A stretch of 63,345 bases of DNA, the filler included. It is 5 parts of 5 records of this genome, joined end to end, with 100 filler letters (N's around TTAATTAATTAA, not from the genome) between each part and the next. Parts side by side here need not be neighbours in the genome. Positions count along the whole stretch, not along the records: positions 1 to 31,655 come from SRR22947727_5317; positions 31,756 to 37,852 come from SRR22947727_5350; 3 more parts are not named here. One strand, given 5' to 3'. This document shows positions 22,322-31,756 of the stretch, in pieces; within the stretch, counting starts at the first letter, position 1; every line of letters begins with the position of its first letter. The notes under the pieces are model-generated. The model was given only the letters and a program-made list of their open reading frames with translations, was not told the origin of the DNA and did not search any database. Made by a program: the position numbers and the translations under genes.

Positions 22322-23879
22322 GATAAGCCTTCCAATACTGCGCCTCTGGAACCAAATGATTTAGCACTTCTGATGAGGTGACCACGCTGGGAAGCCCCGC
22401 ACCCGGATGCGTGCCGGCCCCCACCAAAAATAATCCGTGAATTTCTTCGCTGATATTATGCGGACGAAACCAAGCCGATTGAAAAATCCGCGGCTCTAGC
22501 GAAAACCCAGCACCATGCGGGCTTAGATAGCGGCTTTGAAACGTTTCGGGGGTAAAAATTTCAGAAGCTGAGAGATGGTCGACAAAGCCTGGCAATAGCT
22601 GGTTATGCAACACATCTTCCACTTTCTGCCGGTATGACGCGCAGGCCTTTTGCCAATCCACCGACTCCGAGCCCACCAGATTAGGCACGGGCGATAGAGC
22701 GTAGAACGTATCATCACCGAGCGGCGCAACGCTGGGGTCCGTGACCGAGGGGCGGTGCAAATAGATCGACATGTCATCGGCCAAATGCCGCTTTTGAAAA
22801 ATATCCTTCAGCAAACCGCGATATCGAGGGCCATTTAATATCGTATGATGCCCCACATCAGCCCATTTACCCGCGGTGCCCTTGGTGCCGAAATACCAAA
22901 CAAACAGCCCCATCGACCAGCGCGCGCGGCGCAGCCTTTCAGGCGTCCAGCGGCGCTTTTCTATGCCGCGCAACAAGTGATCATAAGTGTGGCCCGGATC
23001 CGCATTTGACACCACAATATCCGCCGTGATTACATCGCCAGATTTGGTGCGCACGCCCCGCACAACCTTCTGCTTGCAAAGGATCTCTTCAATCTCTTCA
23101 CCCAGCCGAATACACCCACCCTGATCTTCAATCACGTGCCCCATCGCATCAGCGATCGCTTGCACCCCACCCATCGCGTAGTGAACCCCGAAAGCTTTTT
23201 CCAAATATGACACAAGAATATACATCGAAGTCACATTCACCGGATCACCGCCGATAAACAGCGGGTGGAAGGATAAGGCCATGCGCAATTTTGGATCCCG
23301 GACCCGCTTGGCAGCATGGGCATAGACGGATTGATCGGCCCGAAGGGCGGCAAACCCTGGCAATTCCTTGATCAAATCCCACAGCCGGTTCATCGGCTTG
23401 CGGCCCATCCCCTCAAAGCCAAAGTGATAGCGGGCTTCGCTGTCTTTCAAAAATTTTTGATAGCCCTTCACATCATTGGGAAATAACCGCGTAACTTCAG
23501 CCAGCATTTTGGCTTCATCTTGACGCACTTGGAACCTGCTGCCATCGGGCCAGCGTATCTCATAATACGGGTCTACAGGGCGCAGATCGACCTCATCCTC
23601 AAAGACCCGCCCGCAATCAGCCCAAAGATCACGAAACACATTAGGAACGGTCACGATGGTGGGCCCCAGATCAAAGCGATGGCCATTTTGCGTGATCGAA
23701 GAACCGCGCCCGCCCAGCCGATCCAGCCTGTCTAAAACGGTTACCCGATAGCCTTTGGCCCCCAAACGCATAGCCGCGCTTAACCCGCCCAGCCCAGCGC
23801 CGATGATAACGGCGCGCGGGGCGGTGCTTTGCTCGGCCGCAACCAGAAGCTTAGGGTCGACAGTTGTCATCATTTTCAT
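22314..23879 (-). CDS. crtI: Phytoene desaturase
   Basis: 'IIGAGLGG', 'FDLGPTIVT', 'QSAWFRPHN', 'GTHPGAGLP'; start at one of the ATGs at 23879, 23873 or 23870. Confidence 0.95.
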   Translation of the reverse strand: MKMMTTVDPKLLVAAEQSTAPRAVIIGAGLGGLSAAMRLGAKGYRVTVLDRLDRLGGRGSSITQNGHRFDLGPTIVTVPNVFRDLWADCGRVFEDEVDLRPVDPYYEIRWPDGSRFQVRQDEAKMLAEVTRLFPNDVKGYQKFLKDSEARYHFGFEGMGRKPMNRLWDLIKELPGFAALRADQSVYAHAAKRVRDPKLRMALSFHPLFIGGDPVNVTSMYILVSYLEKAFGVHYAMGGVQAIADAMGHVIEDQGGCIRLGEEIEEILCKQKVVRGVRTKSGDVITADIVVSNADPGHTYDHLLRGIEKRRWTPERLRRARWSMGLFVWYFGTKGTAGKWADVGHHTILNGPRYRGLLKDIFQKRHLADDMSIYLHRPSVTDPSVAPLGDDTFYALSPVPNLVGSESVDWQKACASYRQKVEDVLHNQLLPGFVDHLSASEIFTPETFQSRYLSPHGAGFSLEPRIFQSAWFRPHNISEEIHGLFLVGAGTHPGAGLPSVVTSSEVLNHLVPEAQYWKAYHD

Positions 23880-23889
23880 ACAGTACAAC

Positions 23890-23907
23890 TGTCTAGTTTG
23901 ATTTACA
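23890..23907. promoter_or_regulatory. PpsR box in the crtI/crtA divergent promoter
   Basis: TGTCTAGTTTGATTTACA = TGT-N12-ACA. Confidence 0.85.
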
Positions 23908-23972
23908 ACTAAAGCTTGATATGATTTTATATCCGAATAAGCATTCTGACTTAGCCGCAGAAAGGGAAGAAC

Positions 23973-24677
23973 ATTCAAGCCGTTACACTCAGCTTCTTCA
24001 GATTCCAATCAACGCCTGCGCGCCTCTGGGCGTTCGTGATGATGGGGCTTGCGCGGCCATCGATGCGGCGCTTGAGCGATGCCAGTTTTTGGAAGCTTTG
24101 CGGATCGGGAACGGGCGAAGGATTTACCCCGAAACCCAATACTGCGGTTTATGCGATTCTATGCGTTTGGCCCGATTTGCAAACGGCGCAAGCCAATATT
24201 GCGCGAGCCAGCATTTTTCACCGCTATCGCAAACGCTCTAGCGAAAGCTGGACGGTGTATCTGGGCCCCTCATCTGCGCGCGGCGCGTGGTCGGGCGAAA
24301 CACCATTTTCCGCAGATCATACCGGCCAAGATGGGCCTATAGCGGCCTTGACGCGCGCCACGATCAACCCCCGCGTTGCACTGCAATTTTGGGATCGGGT
24401 GCCCGATATCAGCAATGTCATCGGCAAAAACAACGATGTCTTATTCAAAATTGGCATTGGTGAAGTGCCGTTTTTACATCAAATTACTTTTTCAATTTGG
24501 CCCTCAACGCAAAGCATGGCGGAATTTGCGCGCCATGATGGCCCACATGCCAAAGCGATCTCTGCAGTGCGCAAAGGGCTGTGGTTCAAAGAAGAGCTTT
24601 ATGCCCGTTTTGCAGTTCTGGACAGCCAAGGCTGCTGGATGGGCCAAGACCCCCTTAAAATGAAAGACACGCAATGA
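23973..24677 (+). CDS. crtA: Spheroidene monooxygenase (probable ATT start)
   Basis: 'FWKLCGSGTGEGFTPKPN', 'FKIGIGEVP', 'WFKEELYARF'; the CrtA-like N-terminus (I)QAVTLSFFRF lies upstream of the ORF-track start. Confidence 0.93.
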   Translation: MQAVTLSFFRFQSTPARLWAFVMMGLARPSMRRLSDASFWKLCGSGTGEGFTPKPNTAVYAILCVWPDLQTAQANIARASIFHRYRKRSSESWTVYLGPSSARGAWSGETPFSADHTGQDGPIAALTRATINPRVALQFWDRVPDISNVIGKNNDVLFKIGIGEVPFLHQITFSIWPSTQSMAEFARHDGPHAKAISAVRKGLWFKEELYARFAVLDSQGCWMGQDPLKMKDTQ

Positions 24678-25678
24678 CTGACGCCTTCCCATTTGCCGCG
24701 ATTGTCGGGCAGGACAATATGAAACTGGCAATGATTCTCACCGCGGTCGATCCCAAAATCGGCGGCGTTCTGGTCTTTGGGGATCGTGGCACCGGAAAAT
24801 CCACAGCCGTGCGCGCACTAGCAGCGCTTTTGCCGCAAATCACCGCCATTAAGGGCTGCCCGATCAACGCAGAAACCAAAAAAGATGTCCCAGAATGGGC
24901 AGAATTAACTCGCTTTGAACCGCATCAACGCGCAACCCCCGTGATCGATCTGCCGCTTGGCGTTTCAGAAGATCGGGTTACCGGCGCGCTAGACATCGAA
25001 CGCGCCCTAACGCAGGGCGAAAAAGCTTTTCAACCCGGGCTTTTGGCGCAAGCCAACCGCGGGTATTTATATATTGATGAGGTCAATCTGCTGGAAGACC
25101 ACATCGTCGATTTGTTGCTTGATGTCGCACAGTCGGGCGAGAATCTGGTTGAGCGGGAAGGGCTTTCAATCCGGCATCCGGCGCGGTTCGTTCTGGTGGG
25201 GTCGGGCAATCCAGAAGAGGGCGAATTGCGGCCACAACTGCTTGATCGCTTTGGCTTGTCAGTCGAAGTGACTTCGCCAAAAACCATCGATGAACGCATT
25301 GCCGTAATCGAGCGCAGAGACGCGTTTGATCAAAATCCAAAACGCTTTCTTAGCAAATGGAAACCCGAAGAGCTGAACGTGCGGACAGCGATTACCGACG
25401 CGCGGGCCGCTTTGGCAAAAATCAAAAAAACCAAAGCTGTGCTGCGCGATTGCGCCGAATTATGTTTGGCGCTTGGCGCCGATGGCCTGCGCGGAGAATT
25501 AACCTTGCTGCGCGCCAGCCGCGCCCTGGCAGCTTATGAGGGGCAAACCAGCATCCAGCGCGCGCATTTAAAAGCCGTGGCGCCTTTGGCCCTAAGCCAC
25601 CGCTTACGCCGTGATCCGTTGGATGAAGCCGGTTCGAGCGCGCGCGTTGCACGCGTTGTCGAGGATGTTCTGGGGTGA
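24674..25678 (+). CDS. bchI: Magnesium chelatase ATPase subunit I
   Basis: 'FPFAAIVGQ', Walker A 'GDRGTGKS', 'YIDEVNLL', 'GNPEEGELRPQLLDRF'. Confidence 0.97.
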   Translation: MTDAFPFAAIVGQDNMKLAMILTAVDPKIGGVLVFGDRGTGKSTAVRALAALLPQITAIKGCPINAETKKDVPEWAELTRFEPHQRATPVIDLPLGVSEDRVTGALDIERALTQGEKAFQPGLLAQANRGYLYIDEVNLLEDHIVDLLLDVAQSGENLVEREGLSIRHPARFVLVGSGNPEEGELRPQLLDRFGLSVEVTSPKTIDERIAVIERRDAFDQNPKRFLSKWKPEELNVRTAITDARAALAKIKKTKAVLRDCAELCLALGADGLRGELTLLRASRALAAYEGQTSIQRAHLKAVAPLALSHRLRRDPLDEAGSSARVARVVEDVLG

Positions 25679-27345
25679 CCCAAGGGTTAGATAGCTGGGT
25701 GAAAACCCTTTTGGCATTGCGGCTGCTTAGCGCCAACCCAGCCGGCTTGAAAGGCCTTGTCATTCGCGCCCGCAGCGGGCCCATACGCGACCGGCTAATC
25801 GAGATTATCCAAAATGCAGCCCCTGCATTATACAAAATCTATCCCATTATGAGCGATGAGCAATTGTTCGGCGGCTTGGATCTTGTACAAACGCTACAGC
25901 AACAAAAATTGGTTTATGCACAGGGGCTTTTGGCGCGTTCAGCTTGGGCGCAGCTCTGCATGGCAGAGCGCTGCGATGGGGCGTTAGCGGCAAAGCTTGG
26001 GCAAGCCTTGGATGATGGTCGCATCGCTCCGCTGATCGTCTTCGACGAGGGTACAGATGAAGAAACCGCCCCCCAGGCGCTGAAAGACCGGGTGGGATTT
26101 TGGGTGGATCTGGAAGATGTCTCGCTGGCTGATCTTGAGGTGGTAAAGTTTGAGCCCGCGCCAAGGGAGCCGTTGGCCGTAGTCAGCGCCCGCCCCGAAA
26201 ATATTGCCACTTTGGTCGATTTAGCGGCACGGTTTGGAATTCACTCGGCCCGCGCTGCCCAGTTTGCTTTGACATGCGCGCGCACCCATGCGGCGCTTGC
26301 AGGGCGCAGCGCGCTCAGCGCGGAAGATATAGAAATCGCTGTCGCTTTGATCTATCCCAGCCGCGCAACACTGGTGCCGGAAGCGCCAGAGGCCCCGCCC
26401 GAACAGGCCCCAGAGCCCGAGCAAGACGACTCTCAAGACGAGGCCGAGAGCGCCCAGCATACCGACCTGTCCGAACTGCCCCAAGAGCTGTTAATCGAGG
26501 CTGTCAAAGCCCTACTTCCTCCAGATTTTCTGGGCAGGCTTGCCTCCACAGGGGCGCAGCGTAGCGCCGCTGGCACCGGCGCTGGGCAGAGCCGTAAATC
26601 AAAAGCCAGGGGGCGCCCCGCACCCTCACGGCCAGGGCGTTTAGACGGACAAAGCCGCGTAGATGTGATCGCGACTTTGCGCAGCGCAGCCCCTTGGCAA
26701 AAGCTGCGCGCAGCGCGCAAACCGCTGCAATCAAGAATTACGATATTCCCAAACGATATTCACCTTAAGCGCTATGAACAGCGTGCAGAGCGATTGGTTA
26801 TTTTTATCGTAGATGCCTCTGGCTCTGCGGCGATGGCGCGCTTGGCAGAGGCCAAAGGCGCCGTTGAGCTGCTGCTGGCAGAAGCCTACGCGCGGCGCGA
26901 TTACGTTGCCTTAATCGCTTTTCGCGGCGCCTCAGGGGATTTGATGTTGCCCCCGACTCGCTCGCTTGTGCAAACCAAACGCCGTTTATCAGCGCTGCCC
27001 GGCGGGGGGGGAACGCCATTGGCAGGCGGCTTGCAAGCCGCCGGTGTTTTGGCGCAAAAAGCGCTCAGCCAAGGCAAAACACCCGTCTTGGCTCTGCTCA
27101 CCGATGGACGTGCAAATATCAGTTTGGACGGTTCTGCAAACCGCCAGAAAGCAGCGGAAGATGCCGCCTTAATGGCCGGGTGGATCTCTGGTTTGGGAAT
27201 CAAATCAGTGGTGATGGATGTCGCGCGTAGCCCGAACGCAGCCCTTGCAGATTTGGCGCAGACCTTACGCGCCGAGTATTATCCGATGCCCCGCGCAGAC
27301 GCCCATGGCCTAAGCCAGACTGTGCATCGGGTTTTGGACAATTGA
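25675..27345 (+). CDS. bchD: Magnesium chelatase subunit D
   Basis: Degenerate AAA N-terminus, Pro/acidic linker, vWA 'DASGS', 'GGGTPLA', 'TDGRAN'. Confidence 0.95.
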   Translation: MTQGLDSWVKTLLALRLLSANPAGLKGLVIRARSGPIRDRLIEIIQNAAPALYKIYPIMSDEQLFGGLDLVQTLQQQKLVYAQGLLARSAWAQLCMAERCDGALAAKLGQALDDGRIAPLIVFDEGTDEETAPQALKDRVGFWVDLEDVSLADLEVVKFEPAPREPLAVVSARPENIATLVDLAARFGIHSARAAQFALTCARTHAALAGRSALSAEDIEIAVALIYPSRATLVPEAPEAPPEQAPEPEQDDSQDEAESAQHTDLSELPQELLIEAVKALLPPDFLGRLASTGAQRSAAGTGAGQSRKSKARGRPAPSRPGRLDGQSRVDVIATLRSAAPWQKLRAARKPLQSRITIFPNDIHLKRYEQRAERLVIFIVDASGSAAMARLAEAKGAVELLLAEAYARRDYVALIAFRGASGDLMLPPTRSLVQTKRRLSALPGGGGTPLAGGLQAAGVLAQKALSQGKTPVLALLTDGRANISLDGSANRQKAAEDAALMAGWISGLGIKSVVMDVARSPNAALADLAQTLRAEYYPMPRADAHGLSQTVHRVLDN

Positions 27346-28229
27346 TCGAGGGCGCGCGCAATAGAGCAAACTGGCCTTTCGCCCAGGCCTCAGAGCAGCT
27401 GCGCGCAGGGCCGCATCACTGGCATATCCAAAGGCTTGGAGGCAATGGGCCAAAGGTGCTGTTTTTGCATGGCACCGGTGCCTCGACCCATAGTTGGGCG
27501 CCGTTAATGCCGTTTTTGCAACATGATATCGCAGCAACATTGGTTGATTTACCCGGCCATGGCCTGACCAAAATAAGCACAGGCCAGCGCAGCAGCCTCA
27601 CCTATATGGCGCAGGACCTGCTGACCCTGTGCGAAACCCTACAGTTTCAGCCGGATTTTATCGTTGGACATTCCGCGGGAGCGGCTTTGGCGCTCGAATT
27701 GTCAAAATCTCTTCCCCTCAAAGGCGTCGTGGGCCTGAACCCCGCCTTGAGCAAATTTCCTGGATTGGCCGGGGTGATGTTTCCAATGATGGCTAAAATG
27801 ATGGCCTTAAACCCGCTTACGCCGCGCTATCTGGCAGGGTTGGCAAAAAGCAAATCGCGTGTGCGACAGATTTTATCAGGCACCGGGTCTGATTTGGCGG
27901 AAGATCAAATCAACCTATATCAAAAGCTTTTTAGCGATAAGACGCATGTGAAGGGCACTATTTTAATGATGTCACAATGGAATTTAGATCGGCTTTTAGC
28001 ACAGCTCAACACCGTTGACACGCCCTGCCTATTGATCGCCAGCACGCGTGACCGCACGGTTCCCTGCGCCGATGTAAAAGCAACCGCAGAGCGGATGCGC
28101 AACACCGCATATCATGAGCTGAACGGTCTAGGACATTTGGCGCATGAAGAGGATCCACAAAAGGTTGCAGGACTTTTAAGCGCTTTCTTCAAACAAAAGC
28201 GCGCTGCTCTTTCACAGACCAGCGCGTAA
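27342..28229 (+). CDS. bchO: Alpha/beta hydrolase BchO
   Basis: 'LHGTGASTHSW', nucleophile 'GHSAG', 'GHLAHEE'; follows bchD. Confidence 0.92.
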   Translation: MIEGARNRANWPFAQASEQLRAGPHHWHIQRLGGNGPKVLFLHGTGASTHSWAPLMPFLQHDIAATLVDLPGHGLTKISTGQRSSLTYMAQDLLTLCETLQFQPDFIVGHSAGAALALELSKSLPLKGVVGLNPALSKFPGLAGVMFPMMAKMMALNPLTPRYLAGLAKSKSRVRQILSGTGSDLAEDQINLYQKLFSDKTHVKGTILMMSQWNLDRLLAQLNTVDTPCLLIASTRDRTVPCADVKATAERMRNTAYHELNGLGHLAHEEDPQKVAGLLSAFFKQKRAALSQTSA

Positions 28230-28256
28230 TAATGTCAAAATATTCAGGCGTCTTGC

Positions 28257-28682
28257 TTAAGACGGCCCCACAGAAACCAGGTAGGCCCAAACATTGGCTG
28301 CGTCTTTTTCTTTTTTCAATTTGAATGACATTTTTGATTTCGCTTTTTTGTCATCCAGCGTTTTTTGCAGCCATTTTTTCGGATCGGCCACGTAAGATAC
28401 AAATTCTTCCTCGCTCCAAGCCAAGCCTGACTCGGCTACAGATTTAAGCGACTTGCCGTAGCGAAAACCATCAAGGCTTCCTGCTACACGGCCAGACACG
28501 CCATAAAGGTTCGGGCCCGTTTTCCCGCCCTTGACGATGTTGTTTCCTGCGTCATCTTGAATCATATGGCATGATTTGCATTTCTTAAAAACTTTTGCGC
28601 CCTTATCCGCATCCCCGCCTGCAAAAGCAGGCGCGGCAAGTGCCAATGATGCGATTGTTATCGCCTTGAAAACTCCGGTCAT
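28257..28682 (-). CDS. cycA: Cytochrome c2
   Basis: Signal peptide, 'CKSCH', 'KTGPNLYGV', 'KSKM'; start moved to ATG 28682 after GGAGG. Confidence 0.92.
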   Translation of the reverse strand: MTGVFKAITIASLALAAPAFAGGDADKGAKVFKKCKSCHMIQDDAGNNIVKGGKTGPNLYGVSGRVAGSLDGFRYGKSLKSVAESGLAWSEEEFVSYVADPKKWLQKTLDDKKAKSKMSFKLKKEKDAANVWAYLVSVGPS

Positions 28683-28750
28683 TTGTGCCTCCTCTTTTCG
28701 TCTTATATCTAGGTAGCACGGATTAGAAATTGTCAATGCACGACAGCTGT

Positions 28751-29965
28751 TTAGGCAACGGCATGTGAGATTGCGCAACGCTTCCAAAGCACCGTTAAAG
28801 CCTGAACAAGGTGTTGAATATCAGCATCACTGTGCAATGGAGAAGGCGTAAAGCGCAACCTTTCCGAACCCTTTGGGACAGTGGGGTAATTGATCGGCTG
28901 CACATAGATTCCAAAATCATGCATCAAAATATCTGCCAATTGCCGACATTTCACCGGATCTTTGATCATCACTGGTATAATATGGCTTGGGTTTCTCAAA
29001 TGTGGAATACCCGCAGCATCTAGACCTGCCCGAAGTTTTGCCACTTGCGCCCGTTGTTGTTCGCGTTCGGTGTTTGATTGTTTCAAATGCGCAATGCTGG
29101 TGCGGGCTGCAGCCGCTACTGCCGGTGGAATCGCTGTAGTAAAAATAAACCCACTGGCAAATGAACGTATAAAGTCACATAAAGCAGCCGACCCGCTCAC
29201 GTAGCCCCCCATCACGCCATAAGCTTTACCCAAAGTGCCTTCGATCAGAGTAATCCGATCTGAAAGACCCTCTTGCTCGGACACGCCACCGCCGCGTGGG
29301 CCATAAAGACCCACCGCATGCACCTCGTCCAAATAGGTCATCGCACCATGCTTTTCAGCCACTTCAACGATTTCGCGCATGGGGCAGATATCACCATCCA
29401 TGGAATATACCGATTCAAAGGCAACGATCTTCGGCGCATTGGCCGGTAAGCTCGCCAGTTTGCGATCCAAATCTTCCGGATCATTATGCTTCCAAATCAT
29501 CTTTTTAGCCCGCGAATGACGAATACCCTCTATCATGCTGGCATGGTTCAACTCATCTGAAAGGATCACTGCATCCGGCAAACGGCCACCTAAAGTGCTG
29601 AGAGCCGCCCAGTTTGAAACATAACCCGATGTGAACAAAAGCGCGTTTTCTTTGCCATGTAAATCTGCCAATTCGCGCTCAAGTAAAAGATGCTCGTGGT
29701 TTGTTCCAGAAATATTGCGCGTACCGCCAGCACCGCAGCCGCTATTATCAATTGCGCTTTTCATCGCCTCTATTACCAGAGGGTTTTGGCCCATGCCCAA
29801 ATAATCATTCGAGCACCAAACTGTTACTTCTGCAGGCGCGTTCGAATCATGACTTTTTGCTCGAGGAAATTGACCACGCTGGCGCTCAAGTTCGGCAAAA
29901 ATACGGTAATTGCCTTCGTCTTTTAGTAATTGTAATTGGCTATTGAAAAGGGCATCAAAGTCCAT
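28751..29965 (-). CDS. hemA: 5-aminolevulinate synthase
   Basis: 'WCSNDYLGM', 'GGTRNISG', 'DEVHAVG', PLP Lys in 'TLGKAYG'. Confidence 0.96.
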   Translation of the reverse strand: MDFDALFNSQLQLLKDEGNYRIFAELERQRGQFPRAKSHDSNAPAEVTVWCSNDYLGMGQNPLVIEAMKSAIDNSGCGAGGTRNISGTNHEHLLLERELADLHGKENALLFTSGYVSNWAALSTLGGRLPDAVILSDELNHASMIEGIRHSRAKKMIWKHNDPEDLDRKLASLPANAPKIVAFESVYSMDGDICPMREIVEVAEKHGAMTYLDEVHAVGLYGPRGGGVSEQEGLSDRITLIEGTLGKAYGVMGGYVSGSAALCDFIRSFASGFIFTTAIPPAVAAAARTSIAHLKQSNTEREQQRAQVAKLRAGLDAAGIPHLRNPSHIIPVMIKDPVKCRQLADILMHDFGIYVQPINYPTVPKGSERLRFTPSPLHSDADIQHLVQALTVLWKRCAISHAVA

Positions 29966-30770
29966 GGGCGTCCTCCGGTCTTAAATCAGGTGTTTCATTA
30001 TCACTCGCCGGGAGCATCCAGCGCCAAAGTTTTGCATCTGGCAATGGCAAAACCATCAACCAATGCTCAAGAAGGGCCAAAGCCGAAAGGCTAGCCAAAA
30101 GCGTAAATCCAATCTGAGCACTTAAATCGCCAGTGGTATAAAGTCGTTCCAACCAGCAGGCAGTGGCGAAGCTAAGCGCAGTGATTGAGATCGGAAATAC
30201 CCAGTTTAACTGAGCAACCTTAAAATGGCTGGGCAAATGCCCAAGCGGCTTTGGCAAAAACTCAATATTGATTCTGGGAACTCCAAAAAACAAATTCAGC
30301 TTCGCCGAAATCCGCGCAAAATATAAAATCACAAAGGTCCATAAACCGATGGTGTTTTCAGAGCCCCAGCCAAAATACAACACCACCAGCAAGGCTGCCA
30401 AAAGCAACATTTCATGATAGGCGATGGTACCCCAGGCGCGGATAAACCGCTCCCATTCGGGAATGTTTTTGGGAGCATCACTACGATTAGGCCCTGCAAT
30501 CACGCCAGTCAAAAAAGCGAGCTCAATCCAGCCCCATATCGCCAAAGCTGACAAAAACCCAAGATAAATCTGCGCCGCGCTGCTTCCCTCAAGTGTCATC
30601 CAAAACCCAAATGCACCCAAGAGCAGGGTTGGCAAAGCCAGCAGCGTGGCGATCCGATGCGCATTTGGGCCGCGCTGATCCGCCGCCCGCACAATCAACA
30701 GGATCGCGCCAGTGAAAAACCACCAGCTAAACAGCGCAACCAGCGCAGCTATGCCAACCGGGCCGATCAA
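29955..30770 (-). CDS. puhE: Photosynthetic complex assembly membrane protein PuhE
   Basis: Multi-TM; 'WWFFTG', '[13 protein letters not shown]', 'LEHWLMVLP'; acsF-puhE-hemA-cycA order. Confidence 0.88.
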   Translation of the reverse strand: MIGPVGIAALVALFSWWFFTGAILLIVRAADQRGPNAHRIATLLALPTLLLGAFGFWMTLEGSSAAQIYLGFLSALAIWGWIELAFLTGVIAGPNRSDAPKNIPEWERFIRAWGTIAYHEMLLLAALLVVLYFGWGSENTIGLWTFVILYFARISAKLNLFFGVPRINIEFLPKPLGHLPSHFKVAQLNWVFPISITALSFATACWLERLYTTGDLSAQIGFTLLASLSALALLEHWLMVLPLPDAKLWRWMLPASDNETPDLRPEDAHGL

Positions 30771-31654
30771 TATGCCGGCTCAAGGCGCGTTGAAACTGGC
30801 ACCGCATGCAATTTGGTGGGAATGGTGTAAAGCGATACAAAAGCCAGTGCGGCTTGCAACCGCGCGCCTGTGCGGGTGATCATACCGCCAAGGCCCTTTT
30901 GATCTACGGCGTCGGCCAAGGTCACATTGGCGGCGCGCAACCGCTTTAAATTGGCCATCCAACGCGGGTGATCAATATCCAACGTGATGGGGAAAATCTG
31001 TTTGCTCAATTCAGATGTTTTGCGAAACACCTCTTGGCCATACCAATCCACATCCACCCCAAGCGCGGCATGAAAGGCCGGGCGCTGATGGTCGCGCACA
31101 TACATCGTGGCATAGACCGCCGTGAGGAAGAATTTGATCCAATAGACGTTGATACCACTGGTTAATTTAGGGTCGGTTTTCATCAGCAGCGCAAACGCCT
31201 CGCCATGCGAAAACTCATCATTGCACCATTCTCGGAACCATTTGAAAATCGGGTGAAAGCGCAGCTCTGGATGTTCTTCTAGATGCCGATAAATGGTAAT
31301 ATACCGCGCATAGCCAATCTTCTCCGACAGGTACGTAGCATAATAAATGAATTTCGGGCGAAAATAGGTATATTTCTTTTTCTGCGTTAAAAACCCCAAA
31401 TTCACCGCCACGCCCGCCTCGCGCAACGCATCATTGATAAAGCCGGCATGGCGGGCCTCATCGCGCGCCATCAGCTGAAACAATTGCGTGATATCTTTAT
31501 TGCTGCCCCGGCGCTTCATTTCCTTATACAGAACGCAGCCCGAAAACTCAGAAGTGCATGAAGAAATCAGAAAATCGATAAATTCTTTTTTCAGTTCCGG
31601 CTCCATACCTTCCCAATCGACATCCTCCCAATCTTCATTCTTTTTGAAATGCCC
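30767..31654 (-). CDS. acsF: Aerobic Mg-protoporphyrin IX monomethyl ester cyclase (5' truncated by contig end)
   Basis: Di-iron motifs 'SEFSG', 'DEARHAG', 'SEKIGY', 'DEFSHG'; frame open to the gap. Confidence 0.96.
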   Translation of the reverse strand, partial: GHFKKNEDWEDVDWEGMEPELKKEFIDFLISSCTSEFSGCVLYKEMKRRGSNKDITQLFQLMARDEARHAGFINDALREAGVAVNLGFLTQKKKYTYFRPKFIYYATYLSEKIGYARYITIYRHLEEHPELRFHPIFKWFREWCNDEFSHGEAFALLMKTDPKLTSGINVYWIKFFLTAVYATMYVRDHQRPAFHAALGVDVDWYGQEVFRKTSELSKQIFPITLDIDHPRWMANLKRLRAANVTLADAVDQKGLGGMITRTGARLQAALAFVSLYTIPTKLHAVPVSTRLEPAY

Positions 31655-31655
31655 C

Positions 31656-31755
31656 NNNNNNNNNNNNNNNNNNNNNNNNNNNNNNNNNNNNNNNNNNNNT
31701 TAATTAATTAANNNNNNNNNNNNNNNNNNNNNNNNNNNNNNNNNNNNNNNNNNNN
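31656..31755. other. Artificial contig spacer
   Basis: 100 nt of N flanking TTAATTAATTAA; abrupt GC change across it. Confidence 0.99.
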
Positions 31756-31756
31756 T

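Noticed and set aside
26370-26460. Pro/Glu-rich low-complexity repeat in bchD
   Set aside because: This is the normal BchD linker
28731-28745. TGT-N9-ACA upstream of cycA as a PpsR site
   Set aside because: The spacer is 9 nt, not 12
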